Origin: an uncultured Gammaproteobacteria bacterium | GTDB lineage: Bacteria; Patescibacteriota; Patescibacteriia; UBA1558; 2-01-FULL-52-15 | DNA: 63,894 nucleotides | Direction of reading: 5' to 3' | NCBI GenBank assembly: GCA_964517065.1 | Contig: CAZFBK010000004.1 | Span: forward strand, 1-63,894 | Part shown: positions 25,201 through 34,532 of the stretch, piece by piece | How the letters are laid out: each line of letters starts with the position of its first letter | How positions within the stretch are numbered: position 1 is the first letter of the stretch | Translations under genes and position numbers: made by a program | The notes under the pieces: generated by a model | Databases searched by the model: none | Seen by the model: only the letters and a program-made list of their open reading frames with translations | What the model was told of the DNA's origin: nothing

Positions 25201-28200
25201 GTTGGTAATGTTTTACAGGAACAGAATTTAGGGTTAGTGACGGCCAATACTAATACTGGTGATGTCACTGATACTCTAATGGGCGACGAGAAAACCACCA
25301 CCTATGCCTATGCTCTGAATACCGGCAAGCATATCCTCGGCGTACCAAAGACGAAGACTATCAGTAACACGGGGGAAACTAAATCTCAAGATTTCTACTA
25401 TGACACCTATCCTGAGCTCGGAGCGCTGGATAAAGTAAATCTGACCAAAGAAGATTTGAAAGTTAATGTTGTTGATATCGAGACTACGTATAACAATTAC
25501 GGTTTACCTCTGACCAAGAAAGATCCGAAAGATACCACAGCAGTTAGTCTGACGTACGATGTGAATAATCTCTTCGTCACGACCACCACTGATGCTTTGT
25601 CTCGTAAGACAGTGACCAAATACGATCCGGCTACTGGACAACTATTGTATTCTCGCGATCCGAACGGCTATCAAGAAAAAAATACTTATGATGCTTTTGG
25701 CCGATTGACCAAGAAAGAAGTTTCTGATGCCACCAATGTTACTACCTTGAATACCAAGCAGGAAATAACCTATCAGGATACAACTTTCCCGAATTACACT
25801 GAAGTCAAAGATTATTTCAAAGCTGGTAGTTACACTACGTCACGGGAATACTACGATGGTCTTGGTCGGGTGATTCAGAGTGATAAGTCTGATGTCACCG
25901 GACAGTATATTGTTAGTTATAAGCAATACGATAGCCAAGGCAGAGTAGCGAAAGAAACTCTGCCGGCTTTCACCAGTACGATCAGCTACAACCCCGCACC
26001 AAGCTTCAGTACAGCCAAGACGTATACCTATGACGCTTTGGACCGCGTACTGACAGAGGTTACGCCGACCGGTACGACCAGCTATGCGTATGACGGTTTG
26101 GTGACTACTATCACCGACCCTCGTAATAAAGTGAAGAAATTGACTAAAGATGCTTTTGATAACTTAGTAAAAGTTGAAGAGTTTAATAGTGGCTCCACCT
26201 ATACGACGGTCTACGAATATACACTGACCAATAAGCTGAAGAAGATCACCGACGCGCTCGGTAATATCCGCACCTTTACCTATGATGCGCTGGATAATCT
26301 AACGCAGCAGGATATGGTGCATAAGTCTTCTGTCGCCAACCCAGCTCACTGGACCTATACCTACGACAAAAATGGCAACGTCCTAAGTAAGGCTGATCCA
26401 AAGTCACAAACAACAAACTATAGCTATGACGCGCTCAATCGTTTATTGCAGGAGAATTTTACCGGCAAGACCGGTATTGAGTACGCGCTGACCTATGATC
26501 AAGGTAGTGGACAGCTGGGTCGTCTGACGCACGTTGTGGGCAGTGACGGTTTAATTACTGACTACACCTATGACAAGCAAGGTAAACCCTTGACCGTCAC
26601 GCGTACTATCGATGGCACCAGCTATGTCTTGACCTATACCTACGATTGGAACGGTAATGTCACGTCTATTACGTATCCGGAAGGAGAGCGGGTGGATTAT
26701 CTTTACAATTCTGCCGGACAGATCAATCAAGTGAATAAAGTGAAGAATGGTGTGACTACCGTTTTAGCTCAAGGTGTGACCTATTCACCACTTGGTCAGA
26801 TTACCCATTTGCAGCGTGGTAATAATGTCACGACTGATTATACCTATGATGCCAATCAGAGTTATCGTCTGACGCGTCTACGCACAGTGAGCGGTTCTGT
26901 AGTGTTGCAGGATATCGCCTATACCTATGATGCGAATGGTAACATCTTGACACTCATTGATACTTCACAGACTGCACTAGCAAAGAGCGTGACCTATATC
27001 TATGACGATCTTAATCGTCTGACATCAGCTGCGGTCACTGGCTCTGGCTCTGGTGCCAACTATACCCAAACCTACAGCTATGACGCTACGGGTAATATGC
27101 TGACGAACTCCGCTGTCGGTACCTATGCCTATACCTTAGACAATCCACAACAGGCTCGTACTATGGGCGCTACCACCTATACCTATGATGGTAATGGCAA
27201 CGTCAATTATATAAATTCTGATTTCCAGAATTACGACTGGCGCGATCGCATGAACTATAGTCGTTTGGCTGGCTCAGCTGATCATATGGAGTATACCTAT
27301 GATCATACCAACCAACGGGTGAAGAAACATTCAGTTGTCACACCTCCGCCACCTCCAGGTGATTGTGAGAATCATCCAGACCAGTGCCCTGATCCAATCT
27401 TCGGTATTCCGGTAGGTATCACACCTCCGAATCCGAAGTTACCGACTCCGATTGAAGTGGTTCTTCCAGAACCAGAAGTTGGAAGTTTACGGTTACCCGC
27501 CTCGCCAGAGACGAGTCGTGGCGGGGAAGTTGAAGATCCAGCGACAGTGGCTTCTTCTACACCGGCGGTCTCTATTCAGACACTTTCCTCTACATCAACA
27601 GAATCTTTAACCTTAGAGCCGACGGAGATACTACCGGTAGGAGTTTTCGAGATATCTACGACTACGCCCCAATTTGCCTCCGATTCTAACTCCGATCTCC
27701 CAACTCCCAACTTCGAACCTGCTACTTCGACTGATCCTCTTGTTTCACCTGATCCCGTGATAACACCAACGTCAACTGAATCTAGCTTCGAACTCCCAAC
27801 TCCCAACTTCTCCGATGCTACAACCACAGACGCCAATCTCTCATTAGAAAACCCAACTCCCGATACTGCGCCTTCAACTGGCGACGTCATTACCTACTAC
27901 ATCGACAAATACTACGAAAAGCAGTGGAATGGCGTAGCTCGTAATCACTACTTCTTAGGCAACATTAACCTCGCTGTCGATGTTTTGTCCGGTACGAATA
28001 CTGGTGTATACTATGTATTGTCCGATCATCTTGGATCGAGTTCTCTGACAACTAACCCTTTTGGCAACATGATAGACCGTACGGAGTATGCTCCTTATGG
28101 CTCTATTGTAGCTACTGCTGCTACTCAGAATATTGGCAATAACTATAAGTTTACGGGGAAAGAAGCTGACGCAGAGAACAACCTTCAGTACTTTGGTGCT

Positions 28201-29001
28201 AGATATTACGATAACCGTGTTGGCAAATTTACTGCTATAGATCCTTATGGACTGCAAGTCAGTAAAGTAATAGGTATGCTATCCGACCCTCAGAGTCTGA
28301 ATGGCTATGTATATTCTAGAAATAACCCCGTTATATTAGTTGACCCTGATGGTAGAGACTGGCATACATTCGGCCAAGGCTTAGCTAGTCCCTTTGTCTA
28401 TGCATATCAGCATCCGTTAGAAACAGTAGCGACAGTTGCTGTGGTTGTGGCTGTTGCTTCAGTAGCTCCTGTTGCAGTTGCAGTTCTTGGCACGGTTGCT
28501 GGAAGTGTTGCTATCGGTACCGCTCTGGGGAACGCTGCTAATGCTCCCGATGCTAATACGAGAGACTATTATCTTGGAGCAGCTGTAAGTAATACAGCGT
28601 TGACCGCGGTTGCGGTTAAGGGCGCAGGAACACTTTCAACACCAAAACCAGTATCGGCAAGTACGGGTATTGCTGATGATGCCTTGGTTGTACGGGGTGG
28701 CGGTTTATCAAATCAGGCGGCTAATAGATTCAGAATTGAACCAAGTCGAACTCCGGGTGTAATTGGTTATTCCGCTCAGTGTAGTAATAGTTGTACTGAT
28801 ATTAGTCAATTGGGACAATTAGGAAAAAATCTTAAAAACCCCGAACTTTCAGTTGTAAAAGCCAAAGACATAAGAGCTTTTAAAGGAGATGTGATACCAA
28901 CACCGGGACTAGGCGACCACGTTACTATTACTGGATTAGATGGTAATCTTTCCAGTAAATTACCATGGGAGGCATTTAAGAATCCTAATCCACGTAAATA
29001 A
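22288..29001 (+). CDS. Giant secreted RHS/YD-repeat polymorphic toxin, fused TcB/TcC-like architecture
   Basis: 2237 aa. The N-terminus has a signal/anchor sequence. An SpvB-like block follows (GAFSYSYPLEIPKGRNGLQPSLALTYNS). Six FG-GAP-like blades of about 65 aa each carry D(V/I/L)NGDGLxD. Many YD repeats follow (YTYDALDR, YxYDxxGN). The RHS core carries YKFTGKE...YFGARYYD and DPDG at 28342-28353. Confidence 0.9.
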   Translation: MNPLINQSLTSMKRSNQTLLRVSISLFVVSLIVMPLAPVWAREATTAEPAVVANDSAPTVAEVAAPAVDTTESVKTTDGQQNPGDEINTGGSEQPNPGAAIFSAKQPNKFEIGKNGQAQVVESTGAFSYSYPLEIPKGRNGLQPSLALTYNSQRNNKDSLYGLGWDLDIPYVERSARQGTEKRYTNFDFTLNFPGGGNLVPLSVDVNGYGTYGSEVESQFNKIEWLSSKTWKITDKSGIVYTFGTDAASRQDDPNDSTHIYRWMLQEVRDTNDNFVRYEYLKDSGAIYPKAIYYTGSGSTDGLYKVIFDPIYSGPIATRPDITTSNDAGFGITTKYTINSIQVLVGGVGKKKYDVETIQGEAGKTVVSRIKEAGRNGTTWDYLPATDFEYGTSSKQWTTDPNYQVPFEFEFYGQQNSQQYNIFAFLSMDVNGDGLTDLLYSSQDCPWEIDLRTYINNGNNGWSTTTDWQLPFDFPLRGRTCTGYKWNYQNRFMVADLNGDLRDDFVVSFVVSEVETKKVYISNGENGWTLDPNWTIPFNFGDFYYDGGTIKLYSPKYNLFDVNGDKRADFVEAYYNDDTHQFIHNVYINNGVNGWTVDPSWTVPIDFAMYGQGNVKDYSANYRLGDVNGDGLTDIMYSRYEQTIDSDVRQVFINNGKNGWTLDPSWQIPFLFSQYSIGGSETDFGFRFKMLDINGDGLSDFIESYHSYWAGDSDIKNVYINNGHGEWVIDSAYNIPFVFGVYESNNSTSDHNPRYRMFDAVGNLSVNYLSSYVDEYRNDQGNSVKVLDQAPSWNKLKSIKRLNQTIISADYAASAQLKDQNQNLLNPKAVVNVPVVSTVTYNDGLGHQQTSNYSYEAGSYYIGNSLKQNKFTGFGKVTKTESDNKITTYYHQGGGLDGAALGEYQDSYAKIGQSFRQEIRNASGQLLQQSVTKVDSATLADGRQFPTVARTTQTIFGATTKSQATQYQYDGVGNVLQEQNLGLVTANTNTGDVTDTLMGDEKTTTYAYALNTGKHILGVPKTKTISNTGETKSQDFYYDTYPELGALDKVNLTKEDLKVNVVDIETTYNNYGLPLTKKDPKDTTAVSLTYDVNNLFVTTTTDALSRKTVTKYDPATGQLLYSRDPNGYQEKNTYDAFGRLTKKEVSDATNVTTLNTKQEITYQDTTFPNYTEVKDYFKAGSYTTSREYYDGLGRVIQSDKSDVTGQYIVSYKQYDSQGRVAKETLPAFTSTISYNPAPSFSTAKTYTYDALDRVLTEVTPTGTTSYAYDGLVTTITDPRNKVKKLTKDAFDNLVKVEEFNSGSTYTTVYEYTLTNKLKKITDALGNIRTFTYDALDNLTQQDMVHKSSVANPAHWTYTYDKNGNVLSKADPKSQTTNYSYDALNRLLQENFTGKTGIEYALTYDQGSGQLGRLTHVVGSDGLITDYTYDKQGKPLTVTRTIDGTSYVLTYTYDWNGNVTSITYPEGERVDYLYNSAGQINQVNKVKNGVTTVLAQGVTYSPLGQITHLQRGNNVTTDYTYDANQSYRLTRLRTVSGSVVLQDIAYTYDANGNILTLIDTSQTALAKSVTYIYDDLNRLTSAAVTGSGSGANYTQTYSYDATGNMLTNSAVGTYAYTLDNPQQARTMGATTYTYDGNGNVNYINSDFQNYDWRDRMNYSRLAGSADHMEYTYDHTNQRVKKHSVVTPPPPPGDCENHPDQCPDPIFGIPVGITPPNPKLPTPIEVVLPEPEVGSLRLPASPETSRGGEVEDPATVASSTPAVSIQTLSSTSTESLTLEPTEILPVGVFEISTTTPQFASDSNSDLPTPNFEPATSTDPLVSPDPVITPTSTESSFELPTPNFSDATTTDANLSLENPTPDTAPSTGDVITYYIDKYYEKQWNGVARNHYFLGNINLAVDVLSGTNTGVYYVLSDHLGSSSLTTNPFGNMIDRTEYAPYGSIVATAATQNIGNNYKFTGKEADAENNLQYFGARYYDNRVGKFTAIDPYGLQVSKVIGMLSDPQSLNGYVYSRNNPVILVDPDGRDWHTFGQGLASPFVYAYQHPLETVATVAVVVAVASVAPVAVAVLGTVAGSVAIGTALGNAANAPDANTRDYYLGAAVSNTALTAVAVKGAGTLSTPKPVSASTGIADDALVVRGGGLSNQAANRFRIEPSRTPGVIGYSAQCSNSCTDISQLGQLGKNLKNPELSVVKAKDIRAFKGDVIPTPGLGDHVTITGLDGNLSSKLPWEAFKNPNPRK

Positions 29002-29003
29002 TT

Positions 29004-29276
29004 ATGGATATTTCAAACACAGAACCAATTTGGGTCGACTTTAATAACTCTGATGAAGATAGAGCTGTGCGATTATTTCTCCCGTTGAAGACTATGGCGT
29101 TAAAAGATATGGATCTTGAATTGGTTGAAGGATTGAACGTTTGGATTACAGATGGTGAAATAGAGGCCATCGGTACAACCACTTTTCGAGATGGTATTTG
29201 GGTGGCAGTATTAGACGAAGATTCGTTAAAATCCCTTGATAAGAATTCTCCTTATCATATTGATAACCAGAAATAG
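29004..29276 (+). CDS. Candidate cognate immunity protein
   Basis: 90-aa acidic ORF starting 2 nt after the toxin stop. The call rests on position only. Confidence 0.45.
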   Translation: MDISNTEPIWVDFNNSDEDRAVRLFLPLKTMALKDMDLELVEGLNVWITDGEIEAIGTTTFRDGIWVAVLDEDSLKSLDKNSPYHIDNQK

Positions 29277-29372
29277 TTACTTCCTCAATACGATGAGCGA
29301 TGATATCAGTTGTGGCTATAATATGGTGAGTTATGATAGCTTCCAAACCTCAAAACTGCTACCATTAAGCCC

Positions 29373-30830
29373 ATGATAAAGCTCTTCAAGTCCCGTCAAG
29401 AATTAATGTTGTGGCTTAGTGTTGGTCTTTATAGTGTTATCTTCATCACAATTTCCTGTCTGCGTCACAATTTTTTCTTGACGCAGACGTGGGATCTGGG
29501 AGCATTTACCCAGATGTATTGGCGGGCGACGCATGGCTTGGGTTTTGGTACGCCTATTGAGCAAGCGGCGAATCATCTTGGTGTACATATGAGCCCTTTT
29601 TTGTATCTGCTGATACCTGGCTATTGGCTATTTCAATCTCCGGTCTATCTGCTCGTTGTGCAGACGTTAGCCTTAGCTTTGGGAGCTATACCACTGTACT
29701 ATATTGGTAAGTTAGTGTTACCGCAGAGCAAGTGGCCGTTGACTGTCGCCATTGCGTATCTGTGTTATCCATCATTGCATTGGATAAATCTATTCGATTT
29801 TCACGAAGTGCCTTTTTTTATTCCGCTGGTTTTCACCGCGGTTTATTTTTTCTTGAGACAACGCTGGTGGTGGAGTGGGATATTTTTTGTCCTCGCGGCC
29901 AGTGTCAGTGAGAACTCCATTGTAGCTATCAGTGCCTTGGCTCTGTACTTGGCTTTCATGCGACGTCCACTCCATGGTTCAGCAGGACACTCTCGGAAGC
30001 GACAGATGTTGTTCGGACTGGGAGTATTTCTGATATCTCTGGTGTATTTCGTCGTAGCAGTGAAGATATTGATGCCGGCTGCGGGCGGAGGGTTCTTCCG
30101 TATTGACCGGTATACGCAGTTTGGAGGTTCTCTATCGGAAATAGCGGTAAACATGGTGACGAAGCCTTCGATCCTGTTCTCGACCATCTGGCAATGGAGC
30201 AGATTGCAGTATCTGGCAGGGTTATTTTTGCCGTTATTATTACTGCCGTTTTTTTCTGGTTGGGGTATCATAACGCTGATCCCGGGGTTGGCTCAGAATG
30301 TACTCTCAACTTTTAGTTTTCAGACGTCGAGTTATTACCAATATGACGCTACGTTACTGCCGGCTTTGTGGCTGACGGTCCTGATCGGACTCCAACATCC
30401 GTGGATAGCCAAGGTGCGAGAGAAAAAATGGTTTTACTGGATATTCTGGTTTGCGATCGTGCTCGCTTTGGCAGTACGTTCGCCGCTCAACCCGTTCAGC
30501 TTATCGTCTCTGATCTCGCAACCAGCGGAGCGTCAGACAGCTTATCGGGATTATATTGATCTTGTGCCGGATACTGCTTCAGTCACTGCACCAACGAATC
30601 TAATCCCACACCTGTCAAATAGGCCATATGCTTTCATGCTCGGCAGGCAGCAATTTGATACCGATATTATTATTGTCGACACTCATGATTATTTTGGTTA
30701 TGACACCCAAGAGAGCTTTATTGCCTATGTTCAGAGTATTGGTCAATCAGGTACGTATGAAGTCGGGAAGGTAGCAGACGGCTATTTGTTGTTTTATCGT
30801 AAAGGCACGCAATTAAAAGAGAGTAAGTAA
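29373..30830 (+). CDS. Polytopic membrane protein, DUF2079-like
   Basis: 485 aa with about 12 predicted helices. The N-terminal LRHNFF..TWDLGAFTQMYW..HLGVHMSPFLYLL pattern matches my recollection of DUF2079. Confidence 0.5.
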   Translation: MIKLFKSRQELMLWLSVGLYSVIFITISCLRHNFFLTQTWDLGAFTQMYWRATHGLGFGTPIEQAANHLGVHMSPFLYLLIPGYWLFQSPVYLLVVQTLALALGAIPLYYIGKLVLPQSKWPLTVAIAYLCYPSLHWINLFDFHEVPFFIPLVFTAVYFFLRQRWWWSGIFFVLAASVSENSIVAISALALYLAFMRRPLHGSAGHSRKRQMLFGLGVFLISLVYFVVAVKILMPAAGGGFFRIDRYTQFGGSLSEIAVNMVTKPSILFSTIWQWSRLQYLAGLFLPLLLLPFFSGWGIITLIPGLAQNVLSTFSFQTSSYYQYDATLLPALWLTVLIGLQHPWIAKVREKKWFYWIFWFAIVLALAVRSPLNPFSLSSLISQPAERQTAYRDYIDLVPDTASVTAPTNLIPHLSNRPYAFMLGRQQFDTDIIIVDTHDYFGYDTQESFIAYVQSIGQSGTYEVGKVADGYLLFYRKGTQLKESK

Positions 30831-30906
30831 AGAACAGCTTTTGCAGTCAAAAACATAGCCACCAAATCCCAAAAATGCTATACTAAGGTCATCAAAAGGC
30901 CTTTTT

Positions 30907-31296
30907 ATGGTACACAAATTTATATATCATCCGGCGCTCGCTTTTTTCTTGCTGATATTGGTATTAGTAGCTGCTTTATGGTTCTGGGCGCCTGCTACCT
31001 TCCATCCTTCGACCCAAGCCACACTACGCGATCGGCTCAGCTGTCAGACTGACAAATTTAGCTCAGCTATACTCAATACAACCTTGGCGCAGAGTAGTGG
31101 TCAGATCAAATTACTCGTTTCTTTCGATACTAAACCTGATAATGAGGCTATTGCCCGTTTCACCGCTGCCGGCATTCAGCTCTATCCTGAGTCCTGGGTC
31201 TTGGATTATCTGGTCGGCGAAGCGTCTAACGAACATCTGTGCACGTTAGCGACAGATAGTCAGGTCACATTTATTGATATCGTACCGTCGTCATGA
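30907..31296 (+). CDS. Hypothetical membrane-anchored protein
   Basis: 129 aa with an N-terminal TM helix. Its end overlaps the pgk start by 4 nt. Confidence 0.45.
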   Translation: MVHKFIYHPALAFFLLILVLVAALWFWAPATFHPSTQATLRDRLSCQTDKFSSAILNTTLAQSSGQIKLLVSFDTKPDNEAIARFTAAGIQLYPESWVLDYLVGEASNEHLCTLATDSQVTFIDIVPSS

Positions 31297-32465
31297 AACT
31301 ACGAACATTACAAAGTATTCCGGTGAAGAAGCTACGTGGCAGTCGTGTGCTGGTGCGTTTGGATTTGAACGCGCCTATCGTCAATGGTAGATTGGAGTCT
31401 GCTGATCTCTGGAAGCTGAAGTCATCAGTCAAAACCATCGACTATCTCCAGCGATATGGTGCGCGGATTATTATCGTCTCGCATCTCGGACGTCCGGACG
31501 GCAAGAAAGATCCTCAGACCAGTCTGAAACCGATTTTGAAAAAGTTTAGTCAAATGATCGGACAGAAGATTGAAGTTTGGACGAAACATCCAGGAAAGTT
31601 GGAAGTTGAAAGTAGGAAGTTGGAAGAAGGACAAGTCGCTGCTCTGGAGAATATCCGCTGGCACAAAGAAGAGGAATCTTGCAATCTGACATTTAGTAAA
31701 CAATTGGCCAAGCTGGCAGATATCTATGTCGATGATGCTTTTGGTGTCATTCAGCGGCCACATGCTTCAAACTATGGCGTCACGAAATACCTACCAAGCT
31801 ATGCCGGTTTTTTACTTGAATATGAAGTGAAACAGCTGTATAATCTAATACCCCGAGCTGATAGACCGATCGTAGCTATCATGGGTGGTAGTAAGATCAG
31901 TAGCAAAATGGTGCTGATCAAGAAACTGTTGAAACAAGTTGATTATGTGCTTTTCGGCGGAGCTCTGGCCAATAATCTCTTGCAAGCCAAAGATATCGGT
32001 ATCGGTAAATCTCTGGTAGATAGTGATGCCAAAGTGTTACATCAATATCTGGTTAGCAACAAAATCCGTCTGCCAGTCGATGCGCGAGTGGCCACCAGCC
32101 TTGATAAGCCAAGTAAGATCGTAGCCATTACCAAAGTTGCTTCACTGGATCATATTTACGACATCGGACCGGATACGGTGGAACTCTATAGCCAGATTAT
32201 CCGACAAGCGAAAACAGTGATCTGGAATGGCCCATTAGGATTGTTTGAAGATCCACGCTTTGGCAAAAGTACCCGTGAATTAATCCAGATCTTGTCAGAC
32301 AGTAAGGCTAAGGCCTATGTCGGAGGCGGGGAGACGGTCAAGGCGGTGTTGCAAAGTAGACTGGAAGACACCCTGCACTTCGTTTCCACCGGAGGAGGAG
32401 CAATGTTGAGCCTGCTGGAAGATACTGACCTGCCGGCCTTGCAAGCCTTAGTTATTAAAAAATAA
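31293..32465 (+). CDS. pgk: Phosphoglycerate kinase
   Basis: 390 aa with the RLDLNAP, SHLGRP and GGGAM/STGGGA motifs. Confidence 0.95.
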   Translation: MKLRTLQSIPVKKLRGSRVLVRLDLNAPIVNGRLESADLWKLKSSVKTIDYLQRYGARIIIVSHLGRPDGKKDPQTSLKPILKKFSQMIGQKIEVWTKHPGKLEVESRKLEEGQVAALENIRWHKEEESCNLTFSKQLAKLADIYVDDAFGVIQRPHASNYGVTKYLPSYAGFLLEYEVKQLYNLIPRADRPIVAIMGGSKISSKMVLIKKLLKQVDYVLFGGALANNLLQAKDIGIGKSLVDSDAKVLHQYLVSNKIRLPVDARVATSLDKPSKIVAITKVASLDHIYDIGPDTVELYSQIIRQAKTVIWNGPLGLFEDPRFGKSTRELIQILSDSKAKAYVGGGETVKAVLQSRLEDTLHFVSTGGGAMLSLLEDTDLPALQALVIKK

Positions 32466-32488
32466 TCTAAACATTAAATAATAAATAT

Positions 32489-33256
32489 ATGGATATGGAT
32501 AAATGGTTCGTAGCAGAGTGGCGCAGAACATTGTTAATTTTAGCTGCTGCTTTTTTCTTGATCATGGGTGGCGTCAATAAGGTGAAAGAAAATCACTACA
32601 TTGGTAAATCACCCGATTTCCAACCGACGATCTATGTCAGCGGCGAAGGCAAAGTTCAGGCTGTACCGGATGTAGCCAAGATTACTTTTGGCAACACCGT
32701 GACCAAGCCAACAGCAGCCGAAGCACAGACGGAGAATACTAATACGATGAATGCTTTCATCGCAGCAGTGAAAAAGACAGGAATCATTGAGAAAGATATT
32801 AAGACGGCCAATTTCAACGTTTATCCGGAGTACAACTATGTCAACGGCAGGCAGGAACCTCGTGGCTTCACGGTAACGCAGAATATTGAGGTTACCGTAC
32901 GCGATACCAACAAAACGCAGGATTTGATTCAGTTAGCGGGTACTAATAATTTGAATCAGGTCGGTGGATTGGTTTTCACCGTTGATAAGACTGACACATA
33001 TATTGATCAGGCTCGTCAGATTGCTATGGCACAGGCTAAGGCGAACGCTGAGTCTATTTCCCGCAATGCTGGCTTCCGACTCGGACGCTTGACCAACTAC
33101 AGTGAGAGTACTAATCCTAATGGCTATCCAACGCCAATGTATGCCACTGATAAGGCTATGGGTATGGGCGGAGCTGCAGTACCGACACCGACGATCAATC
33201 CGGGAACGAACGAAATTTACGTGCAAGTTAACTTGAACTACGAGATCCAACAGTAA
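32489..33256 (+). CDS. SIMPL/DUF541 family periplasmic protein
   Basis: It has an N-terminal TM helix and the VSGEGKVQAVPDVAKITFG opening typical of DUF541. Confidence 0.7.
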   Translation: MDMDKWFVAEWRRTLLILAAAFFLIMGGVNKVKENHYIGKSPDFQPTIYVSGEGKVQAVPDVAKITFGNTVTKPTAAEAQTENTNTMNAFIAAVKKTGIIEKDIKTANFNVYPEYNYVNGRQEPRGFTVTQNIEVTVRDTNKTQDLIQLAGTNNLNQVGGLVFTVDKTDTYIDQARQIAMAQAKANAESISRNAGFRLGRLTNYSESTNPNGYPTPMYATDKAMGMGGAAVPTPTINPGTNEIYVQVNLNYEIQQ

Positions 33257-33263
33257 TATTTCC

Positions 33264-34532
33264 ATGGCTGCCACCATCAAACGGATTACTGCCAATGAAA
33301 TCTTAGACTCACGAGGTAACCCGACGGTTGAAGTTTTGGTTACCTTAGACAACGGCATTGAAGCTAGTGCTTCGGTGCCCAGTGGAGCTTCGACGGGAAC
33401 GTTCGAAGCTTTTGAGTTACGTGATAATGATGAGCGCCGTTATAATGGTAAAGGTGTTTTGCAAGCTTGTCAGAATGTCAAAGGAGAGATTCAATCGGCT
33501 TTGGAAGGTAAAGGTATCACTGAGCAACGAGATATTGATCAGACGATGATCAAGCTGGATGGAACCGAGAATAAATCCCGTCTGGGAGCCAACGCTATCT
33601 TGGGAGTGTCACTGGCCTGCGCTCGGGCAGCTGCCTTATCAGAAAATCTGCCGTTATATCGTTACATCGGTCAGCTCTATGGTGCGAGTCAATTTCAGCT
33701 GCCCATACCGCTGATCAATATTATTAACGGCGGCTTGCATGCCAGTACAAACCTTAATATTCAGGAGTTCTGGGTGATCCCGACTCAAGACAGCAGCTTT
33801 CAGGAACGTTTGCGCTGCGGCAGCGAAGTGTTTCAACAGCTCGGTACTATTCTGCGCAAAGATTCGCGTGATACTGATCTTGGTAATGAAGGTGGCTATG
33901 CACCGAATCTAGACAATCATCGGCAGGCTTTCGACTATGTCTTGCGCGCTATCGAGCAGGCAGGATATAAACCAGCTGATAATTGTTTTTTAGGCTTTGA
34001 CGCCGGCGCTTCAGTTTTGTTTGACCCGAAGACCAGTCTCTATGAATTGAAGCTGGAGCAGAGTCACTATACCAGTGCAGAATTTCAGAAATATATGATT
34101 CAGTTGTGGCGTGATTATCCCATCAATGTCTGTGAAGATCCGCTGGCCGAAGAAGATTGGGACGGGTGGAAAGCGCTGACAGTCGAGATGAGGAAAGATT
34201 TTGCCAAAAGTATCCTGATCGGTGATGATTTATTTGTTACCAATAGTCAGCGTCTGCAAAAAGGCATTACTATGGGAGCAGCCAACGCTATCCTGATCAA
34301 ACCCAACCAGATCGGCAGTCTGACAGAAACTTTGGAGACTATTCGCTTAGCTAAGAAGTCCGGCTATGCTACGGCAATATCTCATCGCAGCGGTGAGACG
34401 ATTGATTCGTTCATCGCTGATTTGTCAGTAGCAGTTGCCTCTGAATATATCAAAACCGGCTCCGTCGCTCGCGGTGAGCGTTCAGCCAAGTACAACCGAT
34501 TATTAGCTATTGAACGTGAATTACATGGATAA
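33264..34532 (+). CDS. eno: Enolase
   Basis: 422 aa with ILDSRGNPTVEV, the SHRSGET motif and IKPNQIGSLTE. Confidence 0.95.
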   Translation: MAATIKRITANEILDSRGNPTVEVLVTLDNGIEASASVPSGASTGTFEAFELRDNDERRYNGKGVLQACQNVKGEIQSALEGKGITEQRDIDQTMIKLDGTENKSRLGANAILGVSLACARAAALSENLPLYRYIGQLYGASQFQLPIPLINIINGGLHASTNLNIQEFWVIPTQDSSFQERLRCGSEVFQQLGTILRKDSRDTDLGNEGGYAPNLDNHRQAFDYVLRAIEQAGYKPADNCFLGFDAGASVLFDPKTSLYELKLEQSHYTSAEFQKYMIQLWRDYPINVCEDPLAEEDWDGWKALTVEMRKDFAKSILIGDDLFVTNSQRLQKGITMGAANAILIKPNQIGSLTETLETIRLAKKSGYATAISHRSGETIDSFIADLSVAVASEYIKTGSVARGERSAKYNRLLAIERELHG

